NCBI GenBank assembly: GCA_963575745.1
Contig: CAUYUJ010000174.1
Coordinates: 62,001-117,216 of the forward strand
Source of the DNA: Prorocentrum cordatum
Lineage: Eukaryota
Direction of reading: 5' to 3'
DNA: 55,216 bases
The translations under genes and the position numbers were made by a program. The notes below the pieces were generated by a model, which saw only the letters and a list, made by a program, of their open reading frames with translations, searched no databases and had not been told where the DNA came from. The first letter of the stretch is position 1, and the number at the start of each line of letters is the position of its first letter. Below are positions 20,991 through 33,600 of this stretch, piece by piece.

Positions 20991-22830
20991 CAGGAGGAGG
21001 CGGAGACGGAGGAGGAGGAGGAGGAGGAGGAGGAGGAGGAGGAGGAGGAGGAGGGGGAGGAGGAAGGGAAGCACGAGGAGAAGGAGAAAAAGGAGGAGAA
21101 GGAGGAGGAGGATAGAGAGGAGGAGGAAGCGGAGGAGGAGGAGGAGGATCGAGAGGAAGAGGAGGATGATGAGGAGGAGAAGACGAGCGTACGAGAGACG
21201 TCCCGATCCCAAGCGGAAGCCGCCCGCCTAGAGGCGAGCACGGCTCAGCGGCGGAGTAACCTCGAAAACCGCCCACTGGTGCTGCACGGAGCCGTCGTGC
21301 ACAGCCGTTACTTCGATCGCGGAGCCGGGGGGAGGAGGTGAGAGGCAATGCAGAAGCAGGAACACGGCACAGGAGCAACGGACAAGCAGATGAAAAGACA
21401 TACATCTGCCTAGCACCACGCTTCGCTTGCAAGAGATGCGCGGTGGAAAGGGGGGCTGAGAGCTGGACAGAACGACTGAAAGCGGGAACCAGGGCAGGGA
21501 ACTCGCACCAAACAAATTGCAACCACCCGAAAGGAAGAAGCTGTCTACTGGGCGTCACTGTGTGAGGTGTAGCTATCAGGGGGGAATCAGGACCTCGGGG
21601 CGGCTCAGAAGTAAGTAGCCCCAGCAGGGCCATCGTGCCCTTCATCCTCAGAGCTAGCCGTATCGCCGTACAAATTTGAAGGGCCCCAAGGACACACAAA
21701 TAAATACACACAAATAAAATAATTCTCTATATTTTCCTACATTTTCTGGGTTTTTGTCTTCCCCCCCACTTCCCATATTTTCCCATATTTTCTGGGGGAT
21801 CGAGGATTAATTGTGTCTGTGTGTTTCTTTTCCTCCTGAAAATTGCCAACCACAGAGGGAGACGAGGGGCATGGGTGACGCACGTCGTGGTGCGCCAGAT
21901 CCTGCACCTCGCATTTCGGGGGCAAGGCTCTCTCGCATCACTACCACTCGTTCCATTATCCTCATCACTGATGTCGACCCCAAAGAGTCAGGGTCGGTTG
22001 GTGACGAGGTGGAGCAGGCCCCCAGAACCAAAGAGAGTTCAATTGCCCCAAACGGGTACCCGTTTCTTGCGAGCTTCAGCCGGCTTGGCCAGACAAAGAG
22101 AGCGGATGGCCACAGCAACCAGGGAACGCAAGTGCCCAGCATGAGCGATCCCGCCCCGTTCACGGGCAAGGTTGAAAGTCTGGTACACCACATACAGCGT
22201 CTCGAAGTGCGCCACATCGGGCTGCCCGAGGCCAAGACGAGAGGCCAAACACGCGGGGAGCGTCTCTTGAGGCCAGAACTCACATCACGATCGGGGTGAG
22301 GGCACATCAGAAAGTCGTGAGCAAGTCTACCAGGGCTGCTGCATCCAAAACGACACTTTTAGCAGACCCCCAGGGTGAAGAATTCTCGAAGAGGTAAGCC
22401 AATCGTTGTTCCAGGGACGGGCCGTCGCCAAGGCCCGACACTGGCGGGTAAGACACAGCAGCTGCCGCAGAGCCTCCCACGGCACTCGGCCCAGAAGGGG
22501 CACGTAGTCAGTGGGCAGACCCGACGAGCGAGCGACGAATCGCAAATCCTGGCGCTCCCTCCGCGACGAGACGGCGGATCCGAGCAGCAGCGGCAGCACC
22601 TCGGGGGCGGGGGCGTCGATCTTCATATCTGAGCTCCTCTTGAATGGCTTCCCGCGCATGCTGAATCCACTCTGATGGCCCCGTTTTCCTCCACCACCAC
22701 CACCACCATGAGTTGGAGGGGGAGGGGGTCCTCCCCCTCCTCCTCCACCTCCTCCACCTCCTCCTCCTCCTCTTGCCTCTTGCCTAACCGCGCGCCAAGC
22801 TCCTCTGACAGGTGGCGCTGGAGAGCTGGA

Positions 22831-25800
22831 CTAGAGCTCTGGGAAGACTACTGCACGTGGTGGGCCAACGTCTTCTGGCTGGGGCCACTGACTGTCATCT
22901 TTTGGGAGCTCCCCTCGTTCGAGGGTCTCGATGATTCTCCTGCCATGGGTAGACAAGGCGCACCTTTGCGAGCACGTCTGGCTCAACTTCTGGAAAGACA
23001 CTGACCCCGCCCCACCACAGGACCTGCACCAAAAGAACCCCCTGAAGGTCATGAGCTGGTGGGACATGTGGATCTGGGCGGGAAAACCTCTGCGCTGTTG
23101 GTCCAGCCAAACGGGTCGGGGACAAGCAGAGGACGGGGAAGAGAGGCAGCGGGTGTAACGGAGCCTGCCTCGTACATCACGCTGCACAGCATGGGCGGAC
23201 GACTGCACGGCGGCCTGGGACGACTCCGTCCGAGCCTGCGCCCTGCGCTTGGCCTCGTGCTGTCTGTCCATCTTGGCGCTGGCTCCGTGGACCTCGGGAG
23301 CCTGGCGCGCTACATGATCTGCGACTGCCAGTAGGTGGGCCTGAACGCTCGCCGCCAGATCATCAATTCCAAAAATTTCTGCCAGGTCCTCCTGCGGCTG
23401 TTGGGCTGCTCTCGATCCCTCCTCAGCACAAAGGTCAGCCACCCTATTGGCTAGCCAACTGGCTGGGGGAACCTGGGCACTCGTTGCCTGCTCAGGGGAC
23501 TGGTGAGAAGAGATTTTCTCTACCGACACATCACAGCCCTAGGCCAAACTCCAAAAGGTGCCCCAGAGCCTCTGATTTGCTGAATGTTGTCCGCTGGGGC
23601 CCTTGCGGATTCCATCCACAACGCTCTGGGCGTCAAAGACAAAATGAACGGGGCCTCTAGTTCTTCGAAGGGCCCCCACTGTTGCCAACAACTCGGCTAT
23701 CGGCACTGACTGCTTCCAGTAGTCAACTGGCCCGAAGGCCCAAGCAATCACTTCCCACCCTCTGAGGATGGAAAAACCCACCCGCACCGACGGACCCGAA
23801 AATCAGCATGATACTTGCCTCCTGAACCGCTGGTTGCTACGATGGTGGCGTGGTCCAAAGAGACTACCTCCTGCTGGGCAAGTTCCCCCCCCCCACCTGG
23901 GGCCGCCCCTGGATCGGGCGGGTCGCGAACGGGTATACCCACAGGACTGGCACTAGTCCTCGGAGCCAGAAACAGGGGTGTTCCAGGATTCCCTCTTTTG
24001 CTTGGCTGGCAAGCTCTCCATGCAGCCCCTCCAGGGCCGCATTTCCTGGACACTCCCAGAACTGGTGAACAAAAAAGCGTTTCTTGTTCTGCTCCACATC
24101 TTGGGCAGGCTGGACTGGTCCACGTGGGGCGGCGGGGATGTCTGACGGCCTCTGAACCTTCCTCCAAGGGCTCAAAAAGCGCCTCTGGGGGCTCAGGCCA
24201 CGCCTGCTCTTCCTCCCACTGGGCCTGCTCCAACATCTGCTCAAAAGATAAAAACCCGTCCTCATCTCCCTCCTGCCCCTCATCCCTGGCCTGATAGACT
24301 GCATTGGCTTGCGGGCCAGGGGTGCCTGACTCCTGCGCCTCCACTGGCTCAAGTGGCTGGGCCCTGGGGGATGAGGGCGAATTGAAGGATGTCTGAGGGT
24401 GGCGCGTCGCCCCCCCCCAAACCTGCGACTGGCTGGCCACAAAGCTCCTGCCATGACCATCCGAAACACTCCTAGCTGGTCATGCCTGCCTTCTTTGCGG
24501 AGCTGTCTCATGCGGCACTTCTCCGTGAACAGGTCAGGGCTATGCTCCAGGCCCTTGCCTTGGTAGTGCTTGGCGGCCGACAACCACGCTTGTTGATCCA
24601 GAGCCCCATAAAGCTCAAAATCCACGATTCGCTCTGGGTCATCAAGCTCTAGGTTGAGATGGCCCCCGTCCTGATTGATCCATTCTCACGGCGAGACCGC
24701 CGAGAAACCTAAATCCTGCAGGGCCGCTACCGTTCCTGAGAGGGTGCCTTTAACTCGCTGCCAGCGCGAATGGGACGATTCCAGCCCCGCCTACGCTTTG
24801 CGCCAGGCGATCTGCACCGCTGAGCGCCGGTCTCTAAGCAGCTCTGGCAGCATGGCAATCCATTCTCGAAAAAGTCTCAGTCTTTCAAAAACCAACGGGT
24901 CCTGGTGGGCCGAGGGGAAGGACGTTCGAATCGTGGTCGTCGCGCACCCTCCTTCCTTTCGGCCAACCATCCCACTGACTTGAGCTCTCATTTTAAAAAG
25001 CTGGAACGGGCCAATGCCTTGGCTCTCAAGACCAGAGGAGGCCTGGGGAAGGTACCCCGTCTTGACTAACGCCACTCCTAATCTGGATGTTTTGGCGATG
25101 CGCTTAATCATTTGTCCTCGGTCGTGGCTGGCCTGCATCCTCTTTTTTCCCGCGCCAATGCTTCTACGATGCGAGGTGCCATCGATCCCGAGGTCCTTGA
25201 CGAATTGACTATGTTTCAAATCTATCCTGTCTTCCTGAAGCCTGGTCCTGATGGCCGCCGCGACCCTAGGGGGATTCGAAACCACCTTGCTTTTGACCGA
25301 GATGGTGAGCCCCAGGGAGGCGCAGCGCTGGAAAAAAAACTTCACTGCGGCTGCCGCGCATTCCACTACAACGCTCTCTTTACCTATGGCGGACTGCGTG
25401 ATGTCGTCAACCCAGCTCTGGACTTCGACTGGCCTAAAAGATGCTTGCATCTCACTGAGCATCTGCCACAAGGCCAGACGCGAGATGTCGACACTCTGAG
25501 AACACCCAGCCAAGAGGCCTCTGAAAGCCTGCAGGGGATCCGAGACCACCCCATTCTCTTGGCACCTACGGGGCCCAAAATGGAGGCTGAGGCCGAGGAA
25601 AAGGTGGGTCAGTGGGTACCCGACTGCTGCACCTACCTGCCAGAGTTGTTCGGGATCCAGGGTGTCGTAGAATTTCTCCAGATCCCACAACACTTCGCAC
25701 CAGGCAAAACCCTGCAGAGAGACGACCTCCAGCCTAGTCTGCCTGAGGAGGGCCGCTCTGAGACAGCTGGGTCCCGCTACTGCTTTATCCCAGAACTGCA

Positions 25801-27744
25801 CGTGCTTTTCCGACCAGTCTGCTACATGCCATCTGCGAATGCGCGACCATACTCTGCATGGCGCTTGGGTTAAATTTATTGGCCTGTCTGCCTCCTCGGT
25901 CTTATACATTAACTGCACTATGTTGACTCAAATCTGCTCTGGCCAGCACAGATTTCTCTCCACGAGGTTGGAGAGGAAAGTGAGGTGGATGAGGCCTTCA
26001 TGCGGAAGCTGTCGCCACCATCGGGGGTTGGTGCGATCCGCTCCCATTCCTATGACCGGCCGAAAACACTTGAGTCCCTCGCTAACCTCGTCACATGTTA
26101 TGGGGTCCAGGGTCAGGCTATGCTTCTTGGCGGCTCGGCGAGAGTCCTTCCACCAAGCCTGCTCTGTTGGTGGCCCTTTCCCTTTCCCCAGAAAAGTAAG
26201 CCAACATTCACCTTTAGCTTGGATATTCTGGAGCGGGTCCGAAATTGTGTGTCCACACTGGTCCTGAATCCTAGACAATTCTCGCTATGGGGTTCCCCAG
26301 AGCTTGGCGTGGCGGTGGACCGCTCCTGCTCCTTTCTTTAAACTGGCCTGCACTCATTCCTTGAAACATCGTGAGCTCTCATGGAGAAAATGGGACTCAA
26401 TGCGACGCACAGCCGCATCGACCCTCTGGGGCCAAACCTTCAGCTGCGCCTCTCCGGGGCCCCCGAGGATGCCAAAATTCCCATGGAGCTTGCTGATTAA
26501 ATGCTTGTCGGACTCACCTTTTAAAACTGCTGGCCGCGTGCGCAAATCTCCTACTGTGATCGCGATCGCCCCCACCGCCCCCGCCATCAAACTAGACCCC
26601 CCCCCCGTTCCCCCAGGCCCAGCAGCGCGTGCAAACGCGCCTGCAGGCCAGACCAGTGAGAGAGCGAGTTAGTTTGCGCCAACCACCCTGTGGGCTTCGT
26701 GGCTATCAGGTGCACTAGGCGAGATTCAGGGCAAAAACCTCTGCACGCGTCGGCCTCAGGCCGTCTGTCGGGCTGTCTGCTGAGCAGCAGATCCTCCGCC
26801 GCCAGCGCGAACTCCATGTACACACAGTCGACTGAGTCCATCGCCTTGTCCCGCAGCTGCGGGTGCTCCATGCCATTGGCTGCCCTGTCCTGCACGTTCT
26901 GCAGGTGGTAGCTCCAAGGGCGGTCTGGTCCGTTGGCGTCCAACACTGGCGTCGGTTGAACCAGGATCCTCTGCATGACTAAATCTGGCGCACAGAGCAG
27001 TTCCCCCACTATGCCGTAGTGTGGTGCCGCCCATGGCCCCACCTTGTCCCATGACAGTTTGATCAGGCCACTGATCTTCTCCGACACCAGGCAGTAGTCG
27101 ATTACTCTGTGGCCTCCCGGTTGTGGGTCGTCTGGTCGTCGCCATATTCCACTGAGAAAAGTGGGCAGGCTTAAACCTGCCATCTCCGTCTCTGTCATAG
27201 TCCAATCCACCATGATGATGTAGGGTAAGCCTTTGGTCCGCACGTATGAGGCCATGCCGTTGATCGCGTCAATGTTCGGCCCTGCCAGGCCCGCGCCCAC
27301 TGCCAAATACATTGCAACGAAAATGGCTTCCATGCCCTTTGTGCGAACCGTCACTGCCGTCCATTGTGCTCGTTCCTGGCCGTAGTCGATAACTCCCTTC
27401 CAAGCCAGCTGCTTCTGGACCTGGAGCCATGCCCCGCCGTGTCCACGCACTCCTTGACCTGCCGCGGCTGCGGCGGGGATGGCCTTGGTGGCCCAACCCA
27501 GCTTGGGCAACTTCTTCTTAGCTTCATTCAATTTCTTGCCCGACAGGTGATGCTCGGCCACCCCGATGACGTGGGCCCTGTGGAGAGGGCCCCCCTCCCG
27601 CTTGATGTAGCTGAGGCCCTTCTCGTTCCAGCTGGTGACGTTGCTGAGATAGAAAAGGAGCGGGGTGCGGACCGAAGCGGATGACCTGGTCGCTGACGTT
27701 CCTGTGTCCTCTTCTCCGCGGCCTGGCGGAGTGAGTCTAGCCAA
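22831..27744 (-). pseudogene. LINE B ORF2 (APE endonuclease, reverse transcriptase, RNase H), broken by stops and frameshifts
   Basis: LSNVTSW/VAEHHL/GHGG/VIDYCLVS (26587-27744); WDLEKFYD, GLLAGC, SWVDD (24791-25918); CPRC/HQFWECP; QSVPIAEL, VFDAQSV, NRVAD; WCRSCG. Confidence 0.92.
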
Positions 27745-27915
27745 TGTCCCACTCGCGGCGGAACAAGTTCCTGGGCCCTCTTCTCCCTGGGGAGCGAGCG
27801 TGGCCTTGGTCCTCGGAGCAGGGCCGCCTGGAGGCCTCGGAGCCTGAGCTGCCCTGCACGGCCTGCCCTGGCCCCTCAGCGTCCTGGGGGGGCCCTATAG
27901 TACGGAGTCGTAGCG

Positions 27916-28986
27916 CTAGAGTCGCCGTAGCCGCTTCGCCTGCCCCTGGAACAGCGCAACGATCGCTGCGGCCCACTGATCTTCCGACACCTCCGAGCCC
28001 CAGCTGGACATGAGCTCGCGGACTCGCTTGTTGGTCCCGCCATCGTCGAGGTTCTGGGCTGGTTCGGAGTCCTCCTCCACGCGGGCGTCTCCCTCAACAG
28101 CGCCCCCACCATGGCCAGCAGGATGAAGGCCGTCACCATGCACATCGCGCTGGCCCCCAGCGCGATCCGAGACCTGCTCCGTGTACCCCTTGAGCTTGTC
28201 GAGGGAAGCTTTGAAGGCCTCCGCGTCTCCTTCAGCTGAGCCACCTCCCCCACCTGGCTCACCAGGTGCCAGCAGCTTGCTGACGAGCTCGGAGAGCTTG
28301 GCCACCTCGTCCCAGACTGCTGGCGGGGCCTGGGTCGGGGGTGGCTCCGCGCTGGCTGCCCCCACACGCTGGACCGCCGTTCGCCTGGCCTCCTCGAGCT
28401 CCTCCTGCGCCTCCCGCAGGGCCTCATGGGCCTTCATGCACTCCAGAGCTGCTTCGCGAGCAGCCTCCTCGGCACTGGAGACTCGCTGCGTGGCCTGGAA
28501 CACTTTGTTCTGGGCCTTGGCGACCTGGGGCGGCAGGTCCGTGTGCTGTCTGGGGTCCTGCAGGCATGCAGCTCTGAGCTTGCGGCGGAAGACCAACTTG
28601 TCGCGCTGGCTCTGGGACAAGCAGGCGGCGCCGATCTGGAACTCCTTATCGCCCATGGCGAGCCAGAACTCCGTCTGCCGCTCATCGAGCTGCTCATCGA
28701 GTTGCGGCTGCGCCGCTGCACCTCCTTGTCCCCCTCCATTATTCTGGTAGTTCGTGTCCTTGCCGCAGCCCTTGCCGTGCCCCCTGCCGAAGCCGCCCTG
28801 CCCGCTGGAGTCGCGCCATGATGCTCCGCGTAGGCGCTGCTGGCGATTCCACTGGCCCTGCAGCGGTGGTGGCGGTCGGTTTGAGGCTGGCACTGGCCCC
28901 TGTGGGTTGTATCCTCCACAGTTGAAGCACCTCTGCTTATTACCACGGTTCCATGCATTGCGCTGCCGACAGCCCCAGCCCACCAT
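27916..28986 (-). CDS. LINE B ORF1: RanBP2-like zinc finger (one Cys changed to Arg) plus coiled coil
   Basis: ATG at 28986; WGCRQRNAWNRGNKQRCFNCG; heptad A/E/Q-rich region; lies between the SL and ORF2. Confidence 0.8.
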   Translation of the reverse strand: MVGWGCRQRNAWNRGNKQRCFNCGGYNPQGPVPASNRPPPPLQGQWNRQQRLRGASWRDSSGQGGFGRGHGKGCGKDTNYQNNGGGQGGAAAQPQLDEQLDERQTEFWLAMGDKEFQIGAACLSQSQRDKLVFRRKLRAACLQDPRQHTDLPPQVAKAQNKVFQATQRVSSAEEAAREAALECMKAHEALREAQEELEEARRTAVQRVGAASAEPPPTQAPPAVWDEVAKLSELVSKLLAPGEPGGGGGSAEGDAEAFKASLDKLKGYTEQVSDRAGGQRDVHGDGLHPAGHGGGAVEGDARVEEDSEPAQNLDDGGTNKRVRELMSSWGSEVSEDQWAAAIVALFQGQAKRLRRL

Positions 28987-29139
28987 TGCACGCGGTGTCT
29001 GGGGAGTGGGCCCACTGAAAACTCTTGGGACGAAATGGTTGCGGGCGAGGCCGCGAACCTCTGGCCACGAGACTCGCGGGGACAAAACCTGACACGCCTC
29101 AATCTCTCGAGCGAGGTTGGGAAGTCCAGGAGCAGGCCA

Positions 29140-29161
29140 CTTGAGCCAAAATGGCTACGGC
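29140..29161 (-). other. Complete dinoflagellate spliced leader GCCGTAGCCATTTTGGCTCAAG at the LINE B 5' end (retro-copied)
   Basis: 22/22 match to DCCGTAGCCATTTTGGCTCAAG; followed by TG rather than the GT donor of an SL RNA gene. Confidence 0.96.
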
Positions 29162-29676
29162 CCTCCTCCTCCTCCTCCTCCTCCTCCTCCTGCCTCTCCT
29201 CCTCCTCTTCCTCCTCCTCCACCTCCTTCCCCCCTCCAACTTGTGGTGGTGGTGGTGCTGGAAGACAGGCCCATCGCACTCATCATCGTCCTGGTTGAGG
29301 ATCCCACCGGTGCTCTCCACGAGCGCAGGGGGCTGCCCAGAAGCGCGGAGGCATGCAAACCCGATCCATGGCCTCGAGCGGGACAGCATTGAAGAGCCCG
29401 TCGCCGACCTCCCTGTTGCCAACAAATAGCTAGCCCGCGCGCACACCTCGTGCTACGGGAAGGCGACAAAAACTTTGAGGATGTGCACGAGGCTGAGCGA
29501 TGGACAGCAGCGGCGGCGTGAAGGGGGGAGGAGGAGGAGGAGGAGGAGGAGGAGGAGGAGGAGGAGGAGGAGGGGGAGGAGGCTCAAGCTTGCCTTCTCG
29601 GTCAGGTCCGAGGAGCTAGGGCCCAAGCCTTTCTTTTTTGCAGAGCGCCAAGTCCACCAGCCGCTCGCCCCACAAT

Positions 29677-30585
29677 ATGGGGTGGACTTGGAATCAGACC
29701 CAGTCACGCCCCAAGAACTGCCGCCCATATGTGGTTTGCACGTCCTGTGGCGCCTGGCAGTACACTTCCAAGGCCAAGAAGAAAGTCTGGTGCAAGTGCG
29801 GCGAGCCCTTCCACATCCCCGACGCTGGTGGTAAAAGCACCCAGCCCAGTCAGGCGAACGAGAAGGGCGCGCCGCAGGACCAAGATATGAAGTCCATCCT
29901 CACTGCGATCCTGGGGGTGCTCAGTGACGCCCAGAAGCAGGAGCTCGGGCCCGCCGCCCAGTCAGCAGCGGCGCTCGTGACAGAGAAGAAGCCCGCCCCC
30001 GCCGCAGCTGCAGTGGCAGCTCTCCAGCGGGTGCGGCAGCACGAGAAGAAAGTTGCAGAACTTGATATCCACGTACAGGAGTTGGAGACCCAGCTCCAGG
30101 CCGCCAAGGATGACCGCGCCAAGGTAACCATTGAGTTGCAGGAGGCGCGCCAGCAGTTCGAGGCGGCCAGCCAGCAGGCCACCGCCCAGTGGGGCGCCGC
30201 CGCCGCGGCCGAGGACGCCATGGAGGAGGACGAGGAGGCGGCGCCCAAGGCGGCCCCCGCGGCCGAGCAGCCCAAGGCCAGCGTCCCCGAGCTGCCGCCA
30301 GGGCTGCGCGCCGCCGTCAGCGGCCTGCAGGGCGAGGACGCCGAGCAGGCCCAGGCCTTCGTGCAGCAGCTCGAGGCAGCGACCAAGGCGGGGAAGGCAC
30401 CACCGCCGAAGCGGCCGCCGCCCACGCGCCAGGGCGCCGCTGGCGGGCCCGCAGCCAGCGCAGCGGGAGGAGCGGATGACGATGGCAGGCGTGGTCGCAA
30501 GACCGACAAGTCGCCCGTTCCCCACCGCAGCCGCAATGAGCCCAGGGGCCGTGGGGGGGCCGCAGGCGGGGGCCAGAGGGACTGA
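29677..30585 (+). CDS. LINE A ORF1: CxxC...CxC zinc ribbon plus coiled coil
   Basis: First ATG after the SL remnant; CTSCGAW...WCKCG; KKVAELDIHVQELETQLQAAK. Confidence 0.85.
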   Translation: MGWTWNQTQSRPKNCRPYVVCTSCGAWQYTSKAKKKVWCKCGEPFHIPDAGGKSTQPSQANEKGAPQDQDMKSILTAILGVLSDAQKQELGPAAQSAAALVTEKKPAPAAAAVAALQRVRQHEKKVAELDIHVQELETQLQAAKDDRAKVTIELQEARQQFEAASQQATAQWGAAAAAEDAMEEDEEAAPKAAPAAEQPKASVPELPPGLRAAVSGLQGEDAEQAQAFVQQLEAATKAGKAPPPKRPPPTRQGAAGGPAASAAGGADDDGRRGRKTDKSPVPHRSRNEPRGRGGAAGGGQRD

Positions 30586-30655
30586 CCGTCTCCCCGAGCC
30601 GGCAGCAGGGCGCACAGACGCGCCCAGCAGCCCCCCCGCAGATGGGGCCCAGCAT

Positions 30656-33600
30656 ATGTTCACCAACGATCAGCCGATAGCAAGTTTCACTAGTCTCGTC
30701 ATCAGCCAGCCGGATGACATCATTAGCCTCAGCGACAGCAGTGAGAGTGACCTTGTCAGTTTTGACCCGTCCGTCGTCTGTGTCAGTGCCGCGGGAGATG
30801 CAGGACACCAGGATGACCAGGATGGGAGGGGAGAACAAGGAGGGGAGCCACTCATGCTGTATCTCGCCAACATCACTAGCTGGCACAAGAAGGCCAGGGA
30901 CTACGTTCAGTCCAGCGATTTTGCGCGGCCGCATGTCATTATGTTTAGTGAAATGCACGTTCAACGAGATAAACTGCGTGACGTGCATAAATTCATGAAG
31001 AAGCAGGGGGACAGGTCCTACGTCTGCCCAGCTGTCAGGACTTCGGCGACGGGGTCTCATGGAGGGGTAGGCCTCTTCGCCCTGCGCAGCCTCTGCTCCC
31101 ACGCCCGCATCATGGGGGCGAAAGGACGTGACCAGCCCCTCTACGGTGGGCAAGGGTGGACAGCTTGCCACCTCCGCCTTCGAGGGCACAGCCTGATTTT
31201 GGTTTCCACTTATCTGCAAAGTGATGCAGGATATAATGAGTACAATACGCAAGTGACCAGCCAGATCGCCACCTTCCTCAGAGCCCACAAGCTGCCCTTT
31301 ATCATCGGGGGGGACTGGAACATGACAGGGAAGCAGCTCATGGAGGGGGGCCTCTGGGTGAAGACCATAGGTGGGGTCCTCGTCGAGCCGAAGGTAGACT
31401 CCACCTGCAACGGGCGGGTGATTGACTTTTACGTGGTGTCTGAGAAGCTAGGTAGGCTCATGCAGGTCACCCCAGATCGCACCAGTCCATGGAGGCCCCA
31501 TCTTGGGTTACGAGGAGAGTTTCAAGTAGAGGTTCGCAGCAAGCACAGCACGTACCCCGAGGAGGCCCCAGATGTCAATATGTTAGGTGCGGCGCCGCGG
31601 CCGTGGGACGAGCTCCAGGTCCTGGCTCTCCAGAAGTTCCCCGAGGCTCCAGAGGTCCTACATCCCGTAGCACAAGCGCATGTCGACGACACCCTCACGC
31701 ATAGGTTTGCCGTCCTCTCGCAGGCCCTGGAGTGGTGGCGCTCGGTTCCAGACCTGGGAGGGCCAACCCGGGCCCAACCCTTCCGCCTGGAGACGCGGGC
31801 GGCTTTCAAGCCCAACCCTCCAGAACCAAGGGGGGGCCCCGAGAGCCGAAGGTGGAGCACCATCCAGCAGAGAGTTCGGGAACGGGATCTTGCCAGGAAG
31901 CGTGACCCCACAGGCCCCAACCATCGGAGGCTCCAGAGGCTCATCGAGGCTACCGTCGTCGACCTAGATTGGGACTCAAACCTCGCGGATGACCAGCAGT
32001 GGGCGCTCTGGCACAGCCTGAGGGAGAGGTCCAGCGAGCCTTTCCCCTTGCACGACCTGCTAGAACAGCAGGTGCAGTTTTACGAGACCCGCGCGCTGAA
32101 GCAGGCCCAGGACGGTTTCGCGGACTGGTTGGAGACCAGCATCAAGCGAGGGGGTGGAGCCGCCCACGCCTTCACCAGAGAGATGGAGGTAGAGGTCACC
32201 CCCGAAGAGGCAGACAACCTGGTCCTGGAAGAAGAGGTCCTCATGGACCCCAGCGACATCCTTGAGGCCAAAAGCGAATTCTGGCAGCAGTACTGGGACC
32301 CTCAGAAGATCCAGGCCACGAACCCCATCTCGGCCCCGTGGATCCAGGAGATACGGGAGGAGGCGATGGAGGACAAGGCTCTGGAGGCCCCCTGGACGGA
32401 GGAGGAGGTTCTGAAGGCCATCAGATCTTTCCCAGGACACTCGGCCACAGGCATGGACCAGTGGCGCGTACGAGATTTTGTTCGACTCCCAGGCCCAGGG
32501 CTCACAGAGCTCACGAGCATGTTAAACACCATCGAAGAGAATCAGTCGATGCCCGCCCAGTGCTTAGGGAACCTTGCAGCGCTCAAGCCGAAGACCGCGA
32601 CGGCGGATAGGCCGATCACGCCCACCACCTCCCTCTACAGGCTGCGCATGAGGATGAGGAGGGGGGAGATCGGCAAGTGGGAGGCGGCCAAGGCAGGACA
32701 CTGGGACGCGGCAATCAAAGGATCCAGCTGTCTGCGCGCAGGCATCGTTTCAGAACTTTTTGCGGAAGTGGGGACGGAACTCCAGATCAAAGTTGTCGAA
32801 GGGCTCTTGGACCTAGAGAAATTCTATGGCACCATCCTCACCCACGTGTTAGCGGCTAAGGCCAAAAAAGTGGGGTACCCAAGTATCTGTCTAAGTATGG
32901 GGATCATGACCCACCTAGCAGTTCGATATCTCACCGCGGAGATGGGGGTCAGCCACCCGATCATTCCCCAGCGCAGTATCTTAGCGGGATGCGGCCAACG
33001 CGTGGTTTGGACGCGAGTTCTGTTGCACGACCTCCTCCATCAGGCGCATCTCAGGTTCAGCCGTCTCACCCTCAGGACCTGGGTGGACGACCTGCGGGCC
33101 CGCATGGTCGGCTCGGCCGCGTCCCTGCTCCAGTCCTTCCCCGAGGCTATGAAGTTTATCAAAGCAGGGCTCGTAGATCTTGGGTGCAGGTTATCCCCGA
33201 AGTCGGCCCTCTTGTCGAATGACAATGACATCAGGAACCAGGTCCAGGACTCCTGCAAGCTCCACGGGATCCCCCTGCAGACCAAGCTGGGCACCAGGGA
33301 CCTCGGGTTGGACTCCACCGTAGGCAAGCGCAGGTACTTAAAGGCTCGCAGGGCTCGGCAGCGTCTGGGATTCAAGAGGCACAAGAACATTAAGAGGCTC
33401 CTGAGGGTGACCAAGAGTGCTCATCGTCTATATCGTGCAGGGGCTAAGCCACAGCTCCATTGGGGACTTGAGGGCCACGGGGTCTCCCCGACAGAGCTCA
33501 GCCAGCACAGGAGAGCAGCAGGGGCGGCCCTGGGGACCAGTAAACCAGGCAGTTGTCTCACCGCAGGGCTCCACCAGTCGAAGTTGCCGCCAGAGGCCCT

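Larger units (their letters stand above)
22772..29161 (-). mobile_element. Full-length decayed non-LTR retrotransposon (LINE B)
   Basis: Order is SL - ORF1 - APE - RT - zinc finger - RNase H - C-terminal CxxC; both ends abut (GGA)n on the sense strand. Confidence 0.93.

Noticed and set aside
30131..30655. N-terminal extension of the 1768-aa ORF
   Set aside because: It overlaps ORF1 in another frame with R/P-rich shadow composition; the real start is probably after the ORF1 stop.
28181..31288. Long antisense ORFs over the LINE ORFs
   Set aside because: Expected shadows of high-GC3 coding sequence.
32300..33320. RT read as a retron, DGR or group II intron enzyme
   Set aside because: It is fused to APE and RNase H and preceded by ORF1, which is non-LTR retrotransposon architecture.
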